Source of the DNA: an uncultured archaeon
GTDB lineage: Archaea > Asgardarchaeota > Lokiarchaeia > Sigyniarchaeales > SOKP01
Reading direction: 5' to 3'
DNA length: 64,000 nt
Assembly (NCBI GenBank): GCA_964388035.1
Contig: CAYLZE010000012.1
Coordinates: 1-64,000 of the forward strand
Below are positions 31,595 through 41,462 of this stretch, one piece after another (within the stretch, counting starts at the first letter, position 1; each line of letters starts with the position of its first letter). A program made the translations under genes and the position numbers. The notes under the pieces are model-generated. The model saw nothing but the letters and a program-made list of their open reading frames with translations. It had not been told where the DNA came from and ran no database searches.

Positions 31595-33091
31595 ATGTTT
31601 GAAATAGAGAAAGTTGGGAAACCTAAGGAATTTTGGTTTTATTTTGGAGAAATATCCAAAATTCCCAGGTGTTCGGGTAATGAAGAACGAGTTAGGACTT
31701 ATGTTAAGAATGAAGCGCAATCCATGGGATATAAAACGAAAATTGATAAGGTTGGCAATTTATTGGTTAGTATCAACCCAAATTCCAGTAAAAGACCAAT
31801 AATTTTACAGTCACACTTGGATATGGTTTGTACCAAAAATGATGGTGTGATCCATGATTTTACGAAAGATCCTATTAAATTGAAATTGATTAAGATAGAT
31901 GGGAAAGAATATCTTACCGCTGAAGGAACTACAATGGGAGCCGATAATGGCGTAGGCATAGCTTTCCAACTATTCTTAATGAAATTGATTTCAGAAGGGA
32001 GAGAATATTTTAATGATACTCCTATAGATTTGCTTTTTACGGTAGACGAGGAAGGTTCAATGTTTGGAGCATTTCAAATTGATAAAACAATGGTAAATGG
32101 CGATTATTTAATCAATTTAGATGGATTCAACGAATCCTCCGTAATAATTGGTAATGTAGGAGGTTCCCCAATCAACATATCAATGAAAATTAAGCCTTTC
32201 GAGATGGGAGAACAAAAGGTCAATTTTAAATCAATAAAGATCAGCATTACCGGGTTGGTAGGAGGCCATTCCGCCTTGGATATTGATAAGGGTAGATATA
32301 ATGCGATTAAATTAATGGGTAAGCTCCTTAGAACTTTACAAGAAAAAAAAGCGATTTATTTGATTTCCATTGATGGAGGGGATAAGATGAATGCTATCCC
32401 TCGTGAATCCATTTCACGACTTTTTGTTGAGGAAGAAGATTATTTAGAAATAAAGCAAATAATGCAGGAGCAATTGGAATTATATAAAAGAGAATCCAAA
32501 GGAATTGAAAGTAATCTCTGTATTGATATAGAAGATATCGCTGAAGATAATTTGAAGCCAATATCTAAAGTGGATCAACAAAAATTAATTTCATTCCTCT
32601 GTGAAGTGGTCAATGGGCCGATAAGTTTACATCCTGATTTTGAAAATCTGGTTTATTCATCTTCCAATTTCTCTTCAATTAATACAAAATCTAACACGAT
32701 AAAGATGCTCTTCATGCCAAGAAGTTTTGAAATCGGGGAAAATGAAAAGGTTTCAATGAAAATGAAACAATTATTGGATACTTTAAAAGTTAAATGCTCC
32801 CTAAATTTTTATGCGGGATATGGTGCTTGGATTCCCGACATGGATTCTGAATTATTGAAAATAACTAAGGAAACATATAAGAAATTATATAATGAGGAGA
32901 TTAAAGTTAATGCTATTCATGCAACCTTAGAAACCGGAATATTCCGAAAGATTTTTCCCGAACTCCAAATGATTTCATACGGCCCAAATGGTTATGACGC
33001 ACATTCACCAGATGAGCGTTTAGAAATTCAAAGTATTGAGAAAGCCTGCGAATTTCTCATTCAATTAATCAAGAATTTAAGTATTTTATAA
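31595..33091 (+). CDS. pepD: Second PepD-like dipeptidase (tandem paralogue)
   Basis: HLDMVC, TTMGADNG, TVDEE, GGHSA, IHATLETG and HSPDE. Confidence 0.88.
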   Translation: MFEIEKVGKPKEFWFYFGEISKIPRCSGNEERVRTYVKNEAQSMGYKTKIDKVGNLLVSINPNSSKRPIILQSHLDMVCTKNDGVIHDFTKDPIKLKLIKIDGKEYLTAEGTTMGADNGVGIAFQLFLMKLISEGREYFNDTPIDLLFTVDEEGSMFGAFQIDKTMVNGDYLINLDGFNESSVIIGNVGGSPINISMKIKPFEMGEQKVNFKSIKISITGLVGGHSALDIDKGRYNAIKLMGKLLRTLQEKKAIYLISIDGGDKMNAIPRESISRLFVEEEDYLEIKQIMQEQLELYKRESKGIESNLCIDIEDIAEDNLKPISKVDQQKLISFLCEVVNGPISLHPDFENLVYSSSNFSSINTKSNTIKMLFMPRSFEIGENEKVSMKMKQLLDTLKVKCSLNFYAGYGAWIPDMDSELLKITKETYKKLYNEEIKVNAIHATLETGIFRKIFPELQMISYGPNGYDAHSPDERLEIQSIEKACEFLIQLIKNLSIL

Positions 33092-33152
33092 AAAATAGAG
33101 TATTTATCATTACTTGATTCAAAAAGTAAGTTAACTTCTTTTTTCTATCTAA

Positions 33153-33707
33153 TTATTTAAATGGCTCGGGATGTTCTTTTAGATAATCTTCCAAGAGAGG
33201 AGCATTTTTATCCCTATTAGATATTATCGGTTCATTTATCTTCCAATCAATTCCTAAGGAAGGGTCATTCCAGAATACTTCTTTTTCGCGTTTCGGATTG
33301 TAATAGTCGGATACTTTGTATTGAACTTCTGCCATTTCTGAAAGCACGGAATAGCCATGCGCGTATCCCACCGGGATAAGAACTTGCAAGAAATTAGAAT
33401 CCGATAATAAAATCCCATGCCACTTTTTAAAATGAGGAGAATTGGGTCGAATGTCCACCATTACATCCCAAATACTTCCTTGAGTACAACGTACGAGCTT
33501 AACTTGCCCGGGATTGAGAGCAAAATGCAGCCCTCTTACGGTATTAATTTTTGATTTTGCGTGATTATCTTGGAGGAAAGTATGATCTATACCAAAACTT
33601 TTATATTTTTGATAAGAATAAGATTCGAGAAAAAAGCCTCGGCCATCTTTATATACATCTGGTTCAATAACAAAGACATCGGGGAAAATCGTAGGTATTT
33701 TTTTCAT
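33153..33707 (-). CDS. rfbC: dTDP-4-dehydrorhamnose 3,5-epimerase
   Basis: DGRGFFLE, QDNH, RGLHF, DIRPNSP, GYAHGY and WNDPSLGIDW. Confidence 0.95.
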   Translation of the reverse strand: MKKIPTIFPDVFVIEPDVYKDGRGFFLESYSYQKYKSFGIDHTFLQDNHAKSKINTVRGLHFALNPGQVKLVRCTQGSIWDVMVDIRPNSPHFKKWHGILLSDSNFLQVLIPVGYAHGYSVLSEMAEVQYKVSDYYNPKREKEVFWNDPSLGIDWKINEPIISNRDKNAPLLEDYLKEHPEPFK

Positions 33708-33750
33708 GATAATTTGTTAATTTAAAATTTGATATTGTTTAAAATTAAAA

Positions 33751-35466
33751 TTATAATTTAAGAATTTTTTCTCTTAGATCTTTTGCAGGGATATGATTAA
33801 ATTCAGCATCCATTGCTAAGTTAAACATTTCTAATTCCTTCTCGTGGTCTCCCATTTCATTAAATAATTGCTCGAGAACTCTAATTATAGATGTGTTCGA
33901 AGGATTTAAAAGAAATGATTTCTTGTACGCGCTTAAAGCTTCAGACCACTTTCTAAATTTTTTATATAAATACCCAAGGTTACTCCAATAGAGCGCATTA
34001 TTTGGAACATATTTTAAAGCATTTATTAAAGCATTGATGGAATTCTGAAATTCACCCAAATCCTTATAGATATCCGCGATATAGCTCCATGCTAGATCTT
34101 CTTTAGGGGATAATTCGGTCACCTTTTTTAAAATGGATAACGCTTTTTTCCAATTGCCTAAATATTTATATGCAATACCTAAATGGAGCTGAGCTTTAAC
34201 ATGATTGGGAAATTTTTTTAAGGTTTCTTGGCATTCTTTTATGGCTAACTCAAATTGCTTCTGGTCTAAATGAGAAGCTCCATCTCTATACCAATCAAAC
34301 TCTTGTACGGCACGTTCAGGTATATTATTATCCTCCAAGTTAAGATATTTTAAATTTTTAAACTTGTTTATATTGATGGGGAATTCAGAAAGAAGATTTC
34401 CCTGCAAATTTAATATTTCTAAGGATTGGATGTTAAAAAGACAATTTGGGAGGTGCTTAATACGCGAATGAGGCAACTGAAGTTCCTTAAGACTGGAGAG
34501 CAAGCAAACTTCTTTTGGAATGATGCTAATTTCCGAAAATTCATTATCAATGTTAATTCCAATAATATTTCCCTCCCGATTGATCTGGTAGTTAGTATTT
34601 TCATCCCAATCAATTATCTTATCTTCATTTTCTCCCTTCAGAAGTATTTTACCACTCAAGATCTCCAATAAAGCTAAGACAATGCTTTGAGATATGACTA
34701 CACCCATTTTTTCATATTTGTCCGCAAAATTCGCTTTCACAAAGCTTGGCAATCCTCTTGGCATTTGTTTGAAGCCAATACTTCTCAAATCCAATTCATT
34801 TAACATTCGCAATCGAAAAAAACTTTCTGGTAAATCCTCAATGCTTAAACCTCTTAAACTTAAATATCTTAAATGATCAAGGTTACCAATAGTTGAGGGG
34901 ATTATTGAAATCATGTCCCATCTGCTCAAATCCATGCCAATGACGTGATGGTTTTTAAAGGCAAAATTATACTCCCGTTGAGATTTTAAATCTTCAATTG
35001 AAGAGCAAATGAATTTTTTAAAATAATCAACCTTAAAATCAAGGGAACTTATTAGGGAAAGAGTCAAATCTAAAAAAAATCCTAATTCCTCGGGAACTAA
35101 ATCATAAATAGAAGCTAATTTTTCTATCAAGCAATTTCTCAAAAAGTCGAGATCTTTCGATGACGACTCTTTTAATTGGAAGTAAATGGAGGTTAATACC
35201 AGTGCGGAATCTGTTTGTGCAATTGTTTGTTCTAAAAAAAGTTTAGAATCACTCAAAAAATATTTCATTAGAAGTTCTAACACGCTTATCACCAGCATTT
35301 TGTCTCGATTTTCTCTTGCAACTTGAAATAATTTTTTAGAACATTTTTTCATGATTAAGGGATTATTACATTGGCTAAAAAAGCAGTGGAGATTAACTAA
35401 ATTAATCTTCCTCTTTATATTTTGAGTCCCAATTATGTTAAAAATGCTATTATTGTTTTGATTCAT
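33751..35466 (-). CDS. LRR protein with C-terminal TPR repeats
   Basis: Two LRR blocks; TPR units such as AWSYIADIYKDLGEFQNSI and YWSNLGYLYKKFRKWSEA. Confidence 0.88.
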   Translation of the reverse strand: MNQNNNSIFNIIGTQNIKRKINLVNLHCFFSQCNNPLIMKKCSKKLFQVARENRDKMLVISVLELLMKYFLSDSKLFLEQTIAQTDSALVLTSIYFQLKESSSKDLDFLRNCLIEKLASIYDLVPEELGFFLDLTLSLISSLDFKVDYFKKFICSSIEDLKSQREYNFAFKNHHVIGMDLSRWDMISIIPSTIGNLDHLRYLSLRGLSIEDLPESFFRLRMLNELDLRSIGFKQMPRGLPSFVKANFADKYEKMGVVISQSIVLALLEILSGKILLKGENEDKIIDWDENTNYQINREGNIIGINIDNEFSEISIIPKEVCLLSSLKELQLPHSRIKHLPNCLFNIQSLEILNLQGNLLSEFPININKFKNLKYLNLEDNNIPERAVQEFDWYRDGASHLDQKQFELAIKECQETLKKFPNHVKAQLHLGIAYKYLGNWKKALSILKKVTELSPKEDLAWSYIADIYKDLGEFQNSINALINALKYVPNNALYWSNLGYLYKKFRKWSEALSAYKKSFLLNPSNTSIIRVLEQLFNEMGDHEKELEMFNLAMDAEFNHIPAKDLREKILKL

Positions 35467-35483
35467 TTTACAATAAAAATATA

Positions 35484-36662
35484 TTAAATAATAACCCTAA
35501 GCGACGTTGATTGATTTGAGTGAATCTCATTTTTTTGAATATCATTATTTCTAAGGTTTAATATCTTTAAATTTTTAAGATTATAAAGGAATTCTGGTGA
35601 GGATTTAATCTTATTATCGCTTAAATTTAATCGTTCAAGTGAGTGAAGTTGAGAGAAATTTTCAGGCACCTTTCTAATGGAGTTATTATTCAATCTCAGA
35701 TCCTTTAATTCTTTTAAATATCCTATAGATTTGATACCTTCCGAAATATTATTGCAGCTTAAATCTAAATACTGTAATTTCTTTAATCTTGAGCATGAAT
35801 AAGGAACACGAAAAATATCATTATTATTCATTGAGAGCATGCTCATGTTTTGAAGGTTTTCTATCCAATTGGGGATATTTGTTATCTTATTGTGATTTAT
35901 CAACAGTTCTAAATCTTCATTTAATCTTAAATCCCTAAGAGAAATCGGAAACTCCTTGAAATTATTCCAACACAAGTTGAGATGACATAACTTAATTAAT
36001 TTATTGATGCCAAGGGGAAGTTCCTTAAAATAATTATAACTTAAGTCCAAGTATTCCACGTACTTTAAATTTTTAATAGATTCTGGTAATGATGGAGCGA
36101 AAGACAAATTTAATGCCCTGATATGGTTGTTTTTCACCTCATATGAAATATTATTTAACGTGTTAATCTCAATGTATGAATTGGGATACTTTTTCTTGTA
36201 GAATTCAATATTAATTCCCAAATCCAACAAAAACCTCATTTCTTTTGGAACAATTCGGAAATTGGAAGCAATAGAAGCAAATCTTTGGTTCAAAGTTTTC
36301 TTTAATCTTTTGAGTAAGAAAGTGGAGGCGCCATGAGTAAAATCTTCATGAATGGATAATATATACGAAGAATTATCGTTTTTAATGGACCATTTAAGAG
36401 GATCTAAATGAGAAATCAAATATTTTTGATAAAAGAAAGCAATGGCTTTAGCCCGAACTTGTTCACTTTCATCAGAGATTATGAGATCTTCTACAATTTT
36501 CAATAATTTTTCGTTATTAGAATTGATATTGCTTAAATATTCAATACATTTTATGCGCTCTTGTATATTATTGCTTTCTTCTAAAAGTGTACAAAACATG
36601 CTAACTGCTTCTTCGATTTTGATAGTTTTATTAACGAAATTATTGTATATATTTTCAGCCAT
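35484..36662 (-). CDS. HEAT-like N-terminus plus LRR protein
   Basis: LIISDESEQVRAKAI followed by about 8 LRR units. Confidence 0.88.
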   Translation of the reverse strand: MAENIYNNFVNKTIKIEEAVSMFCTLLEESNNIQERIKCIEYLSNINSNNEKLLKIVEDLIISDESEQVRAKAIAFFYQKYLISHLDPLKWSIKNDNSSYILSIHEDFTHGASTFLLKRLKKTLNQRFASIASNFRIVPKEMRFLLDLGINIEFYKKKYPNSYIEINTLNNISYEVKNNHIRALNLSFAPSLPESIKNLKYVEYLDLSYNYFKELPLGINKLIKLCHLNLCWNNFKEFPISLRDLRLNEDLELLINHNKITNIPNWIENLQNMSMLSMNNNDIFRVPYSCSRLKKLQYLDLSCNNISEGIKSIGYLKELKDLRLNNNSIRKVPENFSQLHSLERLNLSDNKIKSSPEFLYNLKNLKILNLRNNDIQKNEIHSNQSTSLRVII

Positions 36663-36684
36663 TCAAGTTTCCTATATCTTTAAT

Positions 36685-37497
36685 TTAATTTTCGAAGAAT
36701 CGAACGATTTCTTCTCTTTTCTTTTCTAACTCTTCATCATTGAGGCATTGATGGTCCATATCATTAATCGTTTTTATTTGTAAGTAATCTTTTAGAGGAC
36801 TTAATATTTCAATCACTTCACTCATGGGAGTGAGTTTATCACTCTCTCCTATTATTACTTCCATTAAATTTATATTTACTTCTTCTATAAAGTTGCGAAT
36901 TTTAAAGTTCTTTTCAGATAACTCTTCTTTCGTCAGGGATATGAATGCATTGATATTTTCAATTCCCCTAACATGCCCTGGTAGGAAGTGTGATACATAA
37001 TTCACTGACGTGAAAAATTCCTTGTTATATACATGTTTCTCCAAATCTAAGATTGGGCTCAATAATAATAATCGGTTAACCTTTTTATATTGGGAACAAG
37101 CACATAAAGCGATAAATCCTCCTAAATCATGAGCTAAGATGTTAATGTTATTTGGATGGAAAATAGATTTTTCTGATAATTTCTCCGCTAAGGTTAAAAT
37201 ATTAATTGCGTCCTCCACTTGTGAGTGAAGTGAAACACATCCATCACTTAATTCATAGCCCCTGAAATTAAAAATCATGAATGCATATCCCATTTCTAAT
37301 AAAAATGAGTTTTCTTTTACAATCTCTTGTAAAGGAAATAACTGAGGAAATCCGTGAAAATAAATGATCAGGGGATAGGGCTTACTATAATTTTTTGGAG
37401 GATAGTATAAAAGCCCTCTGAGCATCTCCTGATTTATATTGATATCAAGAGCAATTACTTCATACGGACCGTCAAATTGATGTTCTCTGAACTCCAT
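36685..37497 (-). CDS. Alpha/beta hydrolase with Asp at the nucleophile elbow
   Basis: FHGFP, AHDLGG, GESDK and DMDH. Confidence 0.85.
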   Translation of the reverse strand: MEFREHQFDGPYEVIALDININQEMLRGLLYYPPKNYSKPYPLIIYFHGFPQLFPLQEIVKENSFLLEMGYAFMIFNFRGYELSDGCVSLHSQVEDAINILTLAEKLSEKSIFHPNNINILAHDLGGFIALCACSQYKKVNRLLLLSPILDLEKHVYNKEFFTSVNYVSHFLPGHVRGIENINAFISLTKEELSEKNFKIRNFIEEVNINLMEVIIGESDKLTPMSEVIEILSPLKDYLQIKTINDMDHQCLNDEELEKKREEIVRFFEN

Positions 37498-37633
37498 TTA
37501 TTCCTAATCTTTTATTATTAATTCTTAATCAAAAAGTTTTTTGCTTTATTTTAATGGTATAGCATTGATTTAATGTATTAAAAATAGATTTACTTCTAAT
37601 ATCTTATCAAAATAACACTATTTTTTAAAAACC

Positions 37634-38482
37634 TTGAAAGAAAATCTGGCTGATTGGCACACACATAACTCTTTATGTAGGCATGCTTCGGGGAATCTTG
37701 AAGATTATGTTCAAGCTGCCATTAAAAAAGGATTGAAAACTATAGGTTTTAGCGATCACTTTCCGTATGAATTTTACGATTTGGGAGATATTCCTCATGA
37801 AGAATACGGAATGAAACTATCAGAACTTGATAATTACATTTCTACAGCAAAGAAATTACTAAAGCAATATTACCATGAAATTAACATCAAAATCGGGTTT
37901 GAACTTGATTACATGGAAGCGAATGAATCTCTTTTGAATAAATATATCCTTCCTTATAAAAAAGAGGTTGATTACTTGCTAGGGTCTATCCATATATTGG
38001 AACCCCCCCAAGGAAAATGGTGTTTAGACGATACACGATATTTAAAACAGTATGAGATCATTGGAGTAGACGAGGTATATATTCAATATTTTAACAAAAT
38101 GAAAAATATGCTTAATTCCAAGGGGTTTGATTTTGACATCATATCTCATTTCGATCTTCCCAAAAAATTTAATAAACGTCCCGTTAATAAAGAAAAAATC
38201 AAAGAAAAAGCAACAGAGCTCTTAGAGTTAATTAAAGAAAAAGATAAAGTCGTTGAAATCAATTCGGGTGGAATGCGAAAAGATGTGAAGGAGCAGTATC
38301 CTTCTCAAGAAATTATAAAAATCATGCATGAATTAGATATTCCCATCTTATTTGGTTCAGATTCGCATGATCCAAACGAGTTAGGTTACAAGTTTGATGA
38401 ATTATCTAATTTGGTGAAGAAAATAGGATATAATCATTTGACATATTTTGATAAAAGGAAAAGAAGTTTCAAGGAAATATGA
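37634..38482 (+). CDS. Histidinol-phosphatase, HisJ/HisK PHP family
   Basis: DWHTH, SDHFP, GSIH, SHFDLPK, EINSGG and GSDSH. Confidence 0.9.
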   Translation: MKENLADWHTHNSLCRHASGNLEDYVQAAIKKGLKTIGFSDHFPYEFYDLGDIPHEEYGMKLSELDNYISTAKKLLKQYYHEINIKIGFELDYMEANESLLNKYILPYKKEVDYLLGSIHILEPPQGKWCLDDTRYLKQYEIIGVDEVYIQYFNKMKNMLNSKGFDFDIISHFDLPKKFNKRPVNKEKIKEKATELLELIKEKDKVVEINSGGMRKDVKEQYPSQEIIKIMHELDIPILFGSDSHDPNELGYKFDELSNLVKKIGYNHLTYFDKRKRSFKEI

Positions 38483-38503
38483 TTTTAAAGGAAGCGGACC
38501 CAG

Positions 38504-39217
38504 TTGGAAAAGAAATTTGATAAATGTGAAATTTGCGGTTCACCTTTAATTTATTCAACTTCCGAAGAGGGATATAAAAGCTTACCGTGCGAATTTTGTG
38601 GTAATATATTTAATACCAATATCTATTGTGATAAAGGGCATTATATTTGTAATGAATGTCACATGAAGGGACCCCTGGAAATTATTGAAAAGACCTGTGA
38701 GCAAACTGATTTAAAAGATCCTTTTATCTTAGCAGATAAAATAATGAAACATCCTAAATTCAAGGTATACGGTCCCGAACATCATGCTCTTGTGCCTGCC
38801 GTTATTTTAACTGCCTTAAAAAATAATAATATAAAAAAGCCGAACAGCGATAATATTACTATCAAAGATATTAAAGAAGGGATTAAGCGAGGCTCAAAGA
38901 TTCCTGGTGGATATTGCGGCTTTTACGGCGCCTGTGGCGCAGGTATAGGTGCGGGAATTGCGACTAGTATCTTCACGGGGGGTACTCCCAGTGAAAATAT
39001 ACCCCGTTCTTTAGCGAATGAAGCAACATCCAGAACTTTAGAAAAGATTGCAGATAATTTGGAGCATTGTTGCAAGAGATCCGTGAGATTATCTATTTGT
39101 GAGACTCTAAAATTTTTCAAGGAAAAATTCAATATAAATTTAGATTATAGTCCTTTTCGATGCCCATTTTCGGAAATAAACCCAAAATGTGAAGGAGAAA
39201 ATTGCCCAATTTATTGA
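38504..39217 (+). CDS. Cys-rich DUF5714-like protein
   Basis: N-terminal CxxC motifs, GPEHH, GYCGFYGACGAG and CCKRS. Confidence 0.8.
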   Translation: MEKKFDKCEICGSPLIYSTSEEGYKSLPCEFCGNIFNTNIYCDKGHYICNECHMKGPLEIIEKTCEQTDLKDPFILADKIMKHPKFKVYGPEHHALVPAVILTALKNNNIKKPNSDNITIKDIKEGIKRGSKIPGGYCGFYGACGAGIGAGIATSIFTGGTPSENIPRSLANEATSRTLEKIADNLEHCCKRSVRLSICETLKFFKEKFNINLDYSPFRCPFSEINPKCEGENCPIY

Positions 39218-39291
39218 AAAGTAGAAATACATAGCTCTCCCTGTTTTATAAATAGGTTTGATTATGGATAATAGGATAAAATTACTAATCT

Positions 39292-40116
39292 TTAATAAAT
39301 AATTTTTTTGCTTCTTAACCAGGCGTCGATTCCAATAGAATTAAGGATCTTCACGTGTTTTGCATCTTGGGTGTGAAATATAAGTACATTCGTATCCTTT
39401 TCTCCAATAATTCCAAACAGTAATTCTTCACTGTCCCTCAATACAACATAACGATCTTTATCCTCAAAATGTCTTATGGTGATATTATCTAAACTTTCAA
39501 ATTCCTCTAACAATTCCATGTCTTCTGGGTCATTTTGATTAATATAGCAGGAAATGTTCATGCTCACGGAAGATTTGATTTCATATAGAAAAAGTTCCTG
39601 CAGATCTTGAATGCTGGGGGTTGCAATAATAACTTTATGAACAGATTCATCTATGATTTTTTTCATATCAAACAGTATTTCGGATTGGGCGATGCTATAT
39701 TGTGTGAAATCCATGATTTTTGAATCCATGGGTTTGGTTTCTTGCGCCTTGAGGGATTGGTTTTCTAATTCCAATTTCTCGATTTCTTCATCAGATTTAA
39801 GTAGTTCGTCATTCAGTATGTCAATTTTAGCATTTAATTCTTCAATAGTTTTCTGTTTTTGTATGAGCACGCTCTCATCAATCAAGGAAGAAGTACATTC
39901 TTCCATTTCCTTGGTCTTTGTTTCCAGAGATTTTTCTAAGGTCTCTACTTTCTCATCTTTCGTGATTAAGGAAAGTTGTAAAGTTCCAATTTGTTCATCT
40001 TTTAAGGCTAGAGACTCCATCAAGGTCTTAATTTGATCCTCCTTTAACTTTATGGACTCTTGCAGAGCCTTTATAAGATTTTCTTTAGTTTCAATCTGAT
40101 TCTTTAAATCTTCCAT
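39292..40116 (-). CDS. Coiled-coil protein with C-terminal TrmB-effector/PLD-like alpha/beta domain
   Basis: N-terminal 14-aa repeats; C-terminal KVIIATP...VVLRDSEELLFG...WLRSKK. Confidence 0.65.
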   Translation of the reverse strand: MEDLKNQIETKENLIKALQESIKLKEDQIKTLMESLALKDEQIGTLQLSLITKDEKVETLEKSLETKTKEMEECTSSLIDESVLIQKQKTIEELNAKIDILNDELLKSDEEIEKLELENQSLKAQETKPMDSKIMDFTQYSIAQSEILFDMKKIIDESVHKVIIATPSIQDLQELFLYEIKSSVSMNISCYINQNDPEDMELLEEFESLDNITIRHFEDKDRYVVLRDSEELLFGIIGEKDTNVLIFHTQDAKHVKILNSIGIDAWLRSKKIIY

Positions 40117-40254
40117 GTTTTTTAATTCAAGAGTATCTTCTTAATGTTTCTTTTTTAAAGTTTCTATCAATGTTAGAGATCTTATAGTGATTATAGTGCT
40201 CATGCTTAAAAAGTTTAAACTTTCTTTCATCTCTTTTATTCTTCCTTTAACAAG

Positions 40255-41358
40255 TCATAAATCAATACTGAGCAAATTGTTACTTTCATTCATGAATATA
40301 TACTTATTTATAAATTGAGAATGAGGCGGTATATTTGTGTCCTCATCTACTATGCATCCTGTTAACTTGCTGGATGAACCTAAAAAACATTTTTCATATA
40401 AAATCGATTCTATTATCTTACATTCACCTTTTACATGAGCTCCTTTCTTGATTATGACATTTGGCCCTAAAACCACGCCATCATCAATTTTCACATCATT
40501 TTCTATAAAAATTGGCTCAAAAATCCTGGGAAATCCTTTCAAGTTAGTATTGATAAATATTCCTGAGAGAAATCGGAAATTCATTTTTTTAATATCGTTC
40601 AAATAAGTCAGGTGATATTTTCCAATATTCTCTCTTGTTATGAGCTCGTCTATAATATTTACGCCTAAGATCGTAGCTTGTTCTTTAATAATCATTTTTA
40701 TTGCATCTTGAAGTTCTTTTTCTCCCCGAATTGAGGGCTTAATCTTTTGTAAAAAATCATAAATCTTCGGTTTAAAAATATAAAGCGGTAAAGAATAAAA
40801 ATTGCTTAATATCTGACTCGGTTGGGGTTTCTCAATTACATCTGAAATGGAGAAGAGTTTCGCTTTAAAATTGGGATAAATATTATTTTCTGTTTTAACG
40901 ATATTAACATTGCCATGACCCCTAGCGATTTCTTCATCCTCAGATTCCATTAAGCTTAATATTGCCATGGAATCCACATTTTTGAAACAATCTAACATCA
41001 ATTTTAATTTATCGGGAGAAAATAAGATATCAGCTGCCGAGAGAAAAAAATCGGGGATGTTTCCCTCTTTTTTAAGCAAAAAATCAAGACTTAAGAATAA
41101 AGCATCTGCCATTCCCTCTTGATCCATTTGTTGAACAAAATCAATATTAACTCCTTTTACTTTGCTCAGGTTCTCTTTAACGAATTCAGATTTATAACCC
41201 GTTACCACTACAAAATCTTTTAAACCCGCATCTTTAAAGGATTCAATTATTCTCGAAATGATCGATTTTCCATTGATATCAATCAAGGGTTTGGGTATTC
41301 TTTTAGAAAGTGGATTCAGTCGTGTTGCCAACCCTGCGGCTAAAATAATAACATGCAT
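40255..41358 (-). CDS. Sugar-phosphate nucleotidyltransferase with hexapeptide-repeat tail
   Basis: ILAAGLATRL, PKPL, EKP and SIRGEKELQDA. Confidence 0.9.
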   Translation of the reverse strand: MHVIILAAGLATRLNPLSKRIPKPLIDINGKSIISRIIESFKDAGLKDFVVVTGYKSEFVKENLSKVKGVNIDFVQQMDQEGMADALFLSLDFLLKKEGNIPDFFLSAADILFSPDKLKLMLDCFKNVDSMAILSLMESEDEEIARGHGNVNIVKTENNIYPNFKAKLFSISDVIEKPQPSQILSNFYSLPLYIFKPKIYDFLQKIKPSIRGEKELQDAIKMIIKEQATILGVNIIDELITRENIGKYHLTYLNDIKKMNFRFLSGIFINTNLKGFPRIFEPIFIENDVKIDDGVVLGPNVIIKKGAHVKGECKIIESILYEKCFLGSSSKLTGCIVDEDTNIPPHSQFINKYIFMNESNNLLSIDL

Positions 41359-41462
41359 GGCTATATATAGTTTTTAATAGTTATATTATTTTGGTACCTA
41401 TTTAGCATGGAACCTTTAGATTTAAATATATATAAATATTCAGATTTGTATTAATTTTTTAT

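Noticed and set aside
33153-33707. Surface-polysaccharide gene cluster around rfbC
   Set aside because: No rfbB/rfbD or glycosyltransferase genes are adjacent; rfbC appears isolated
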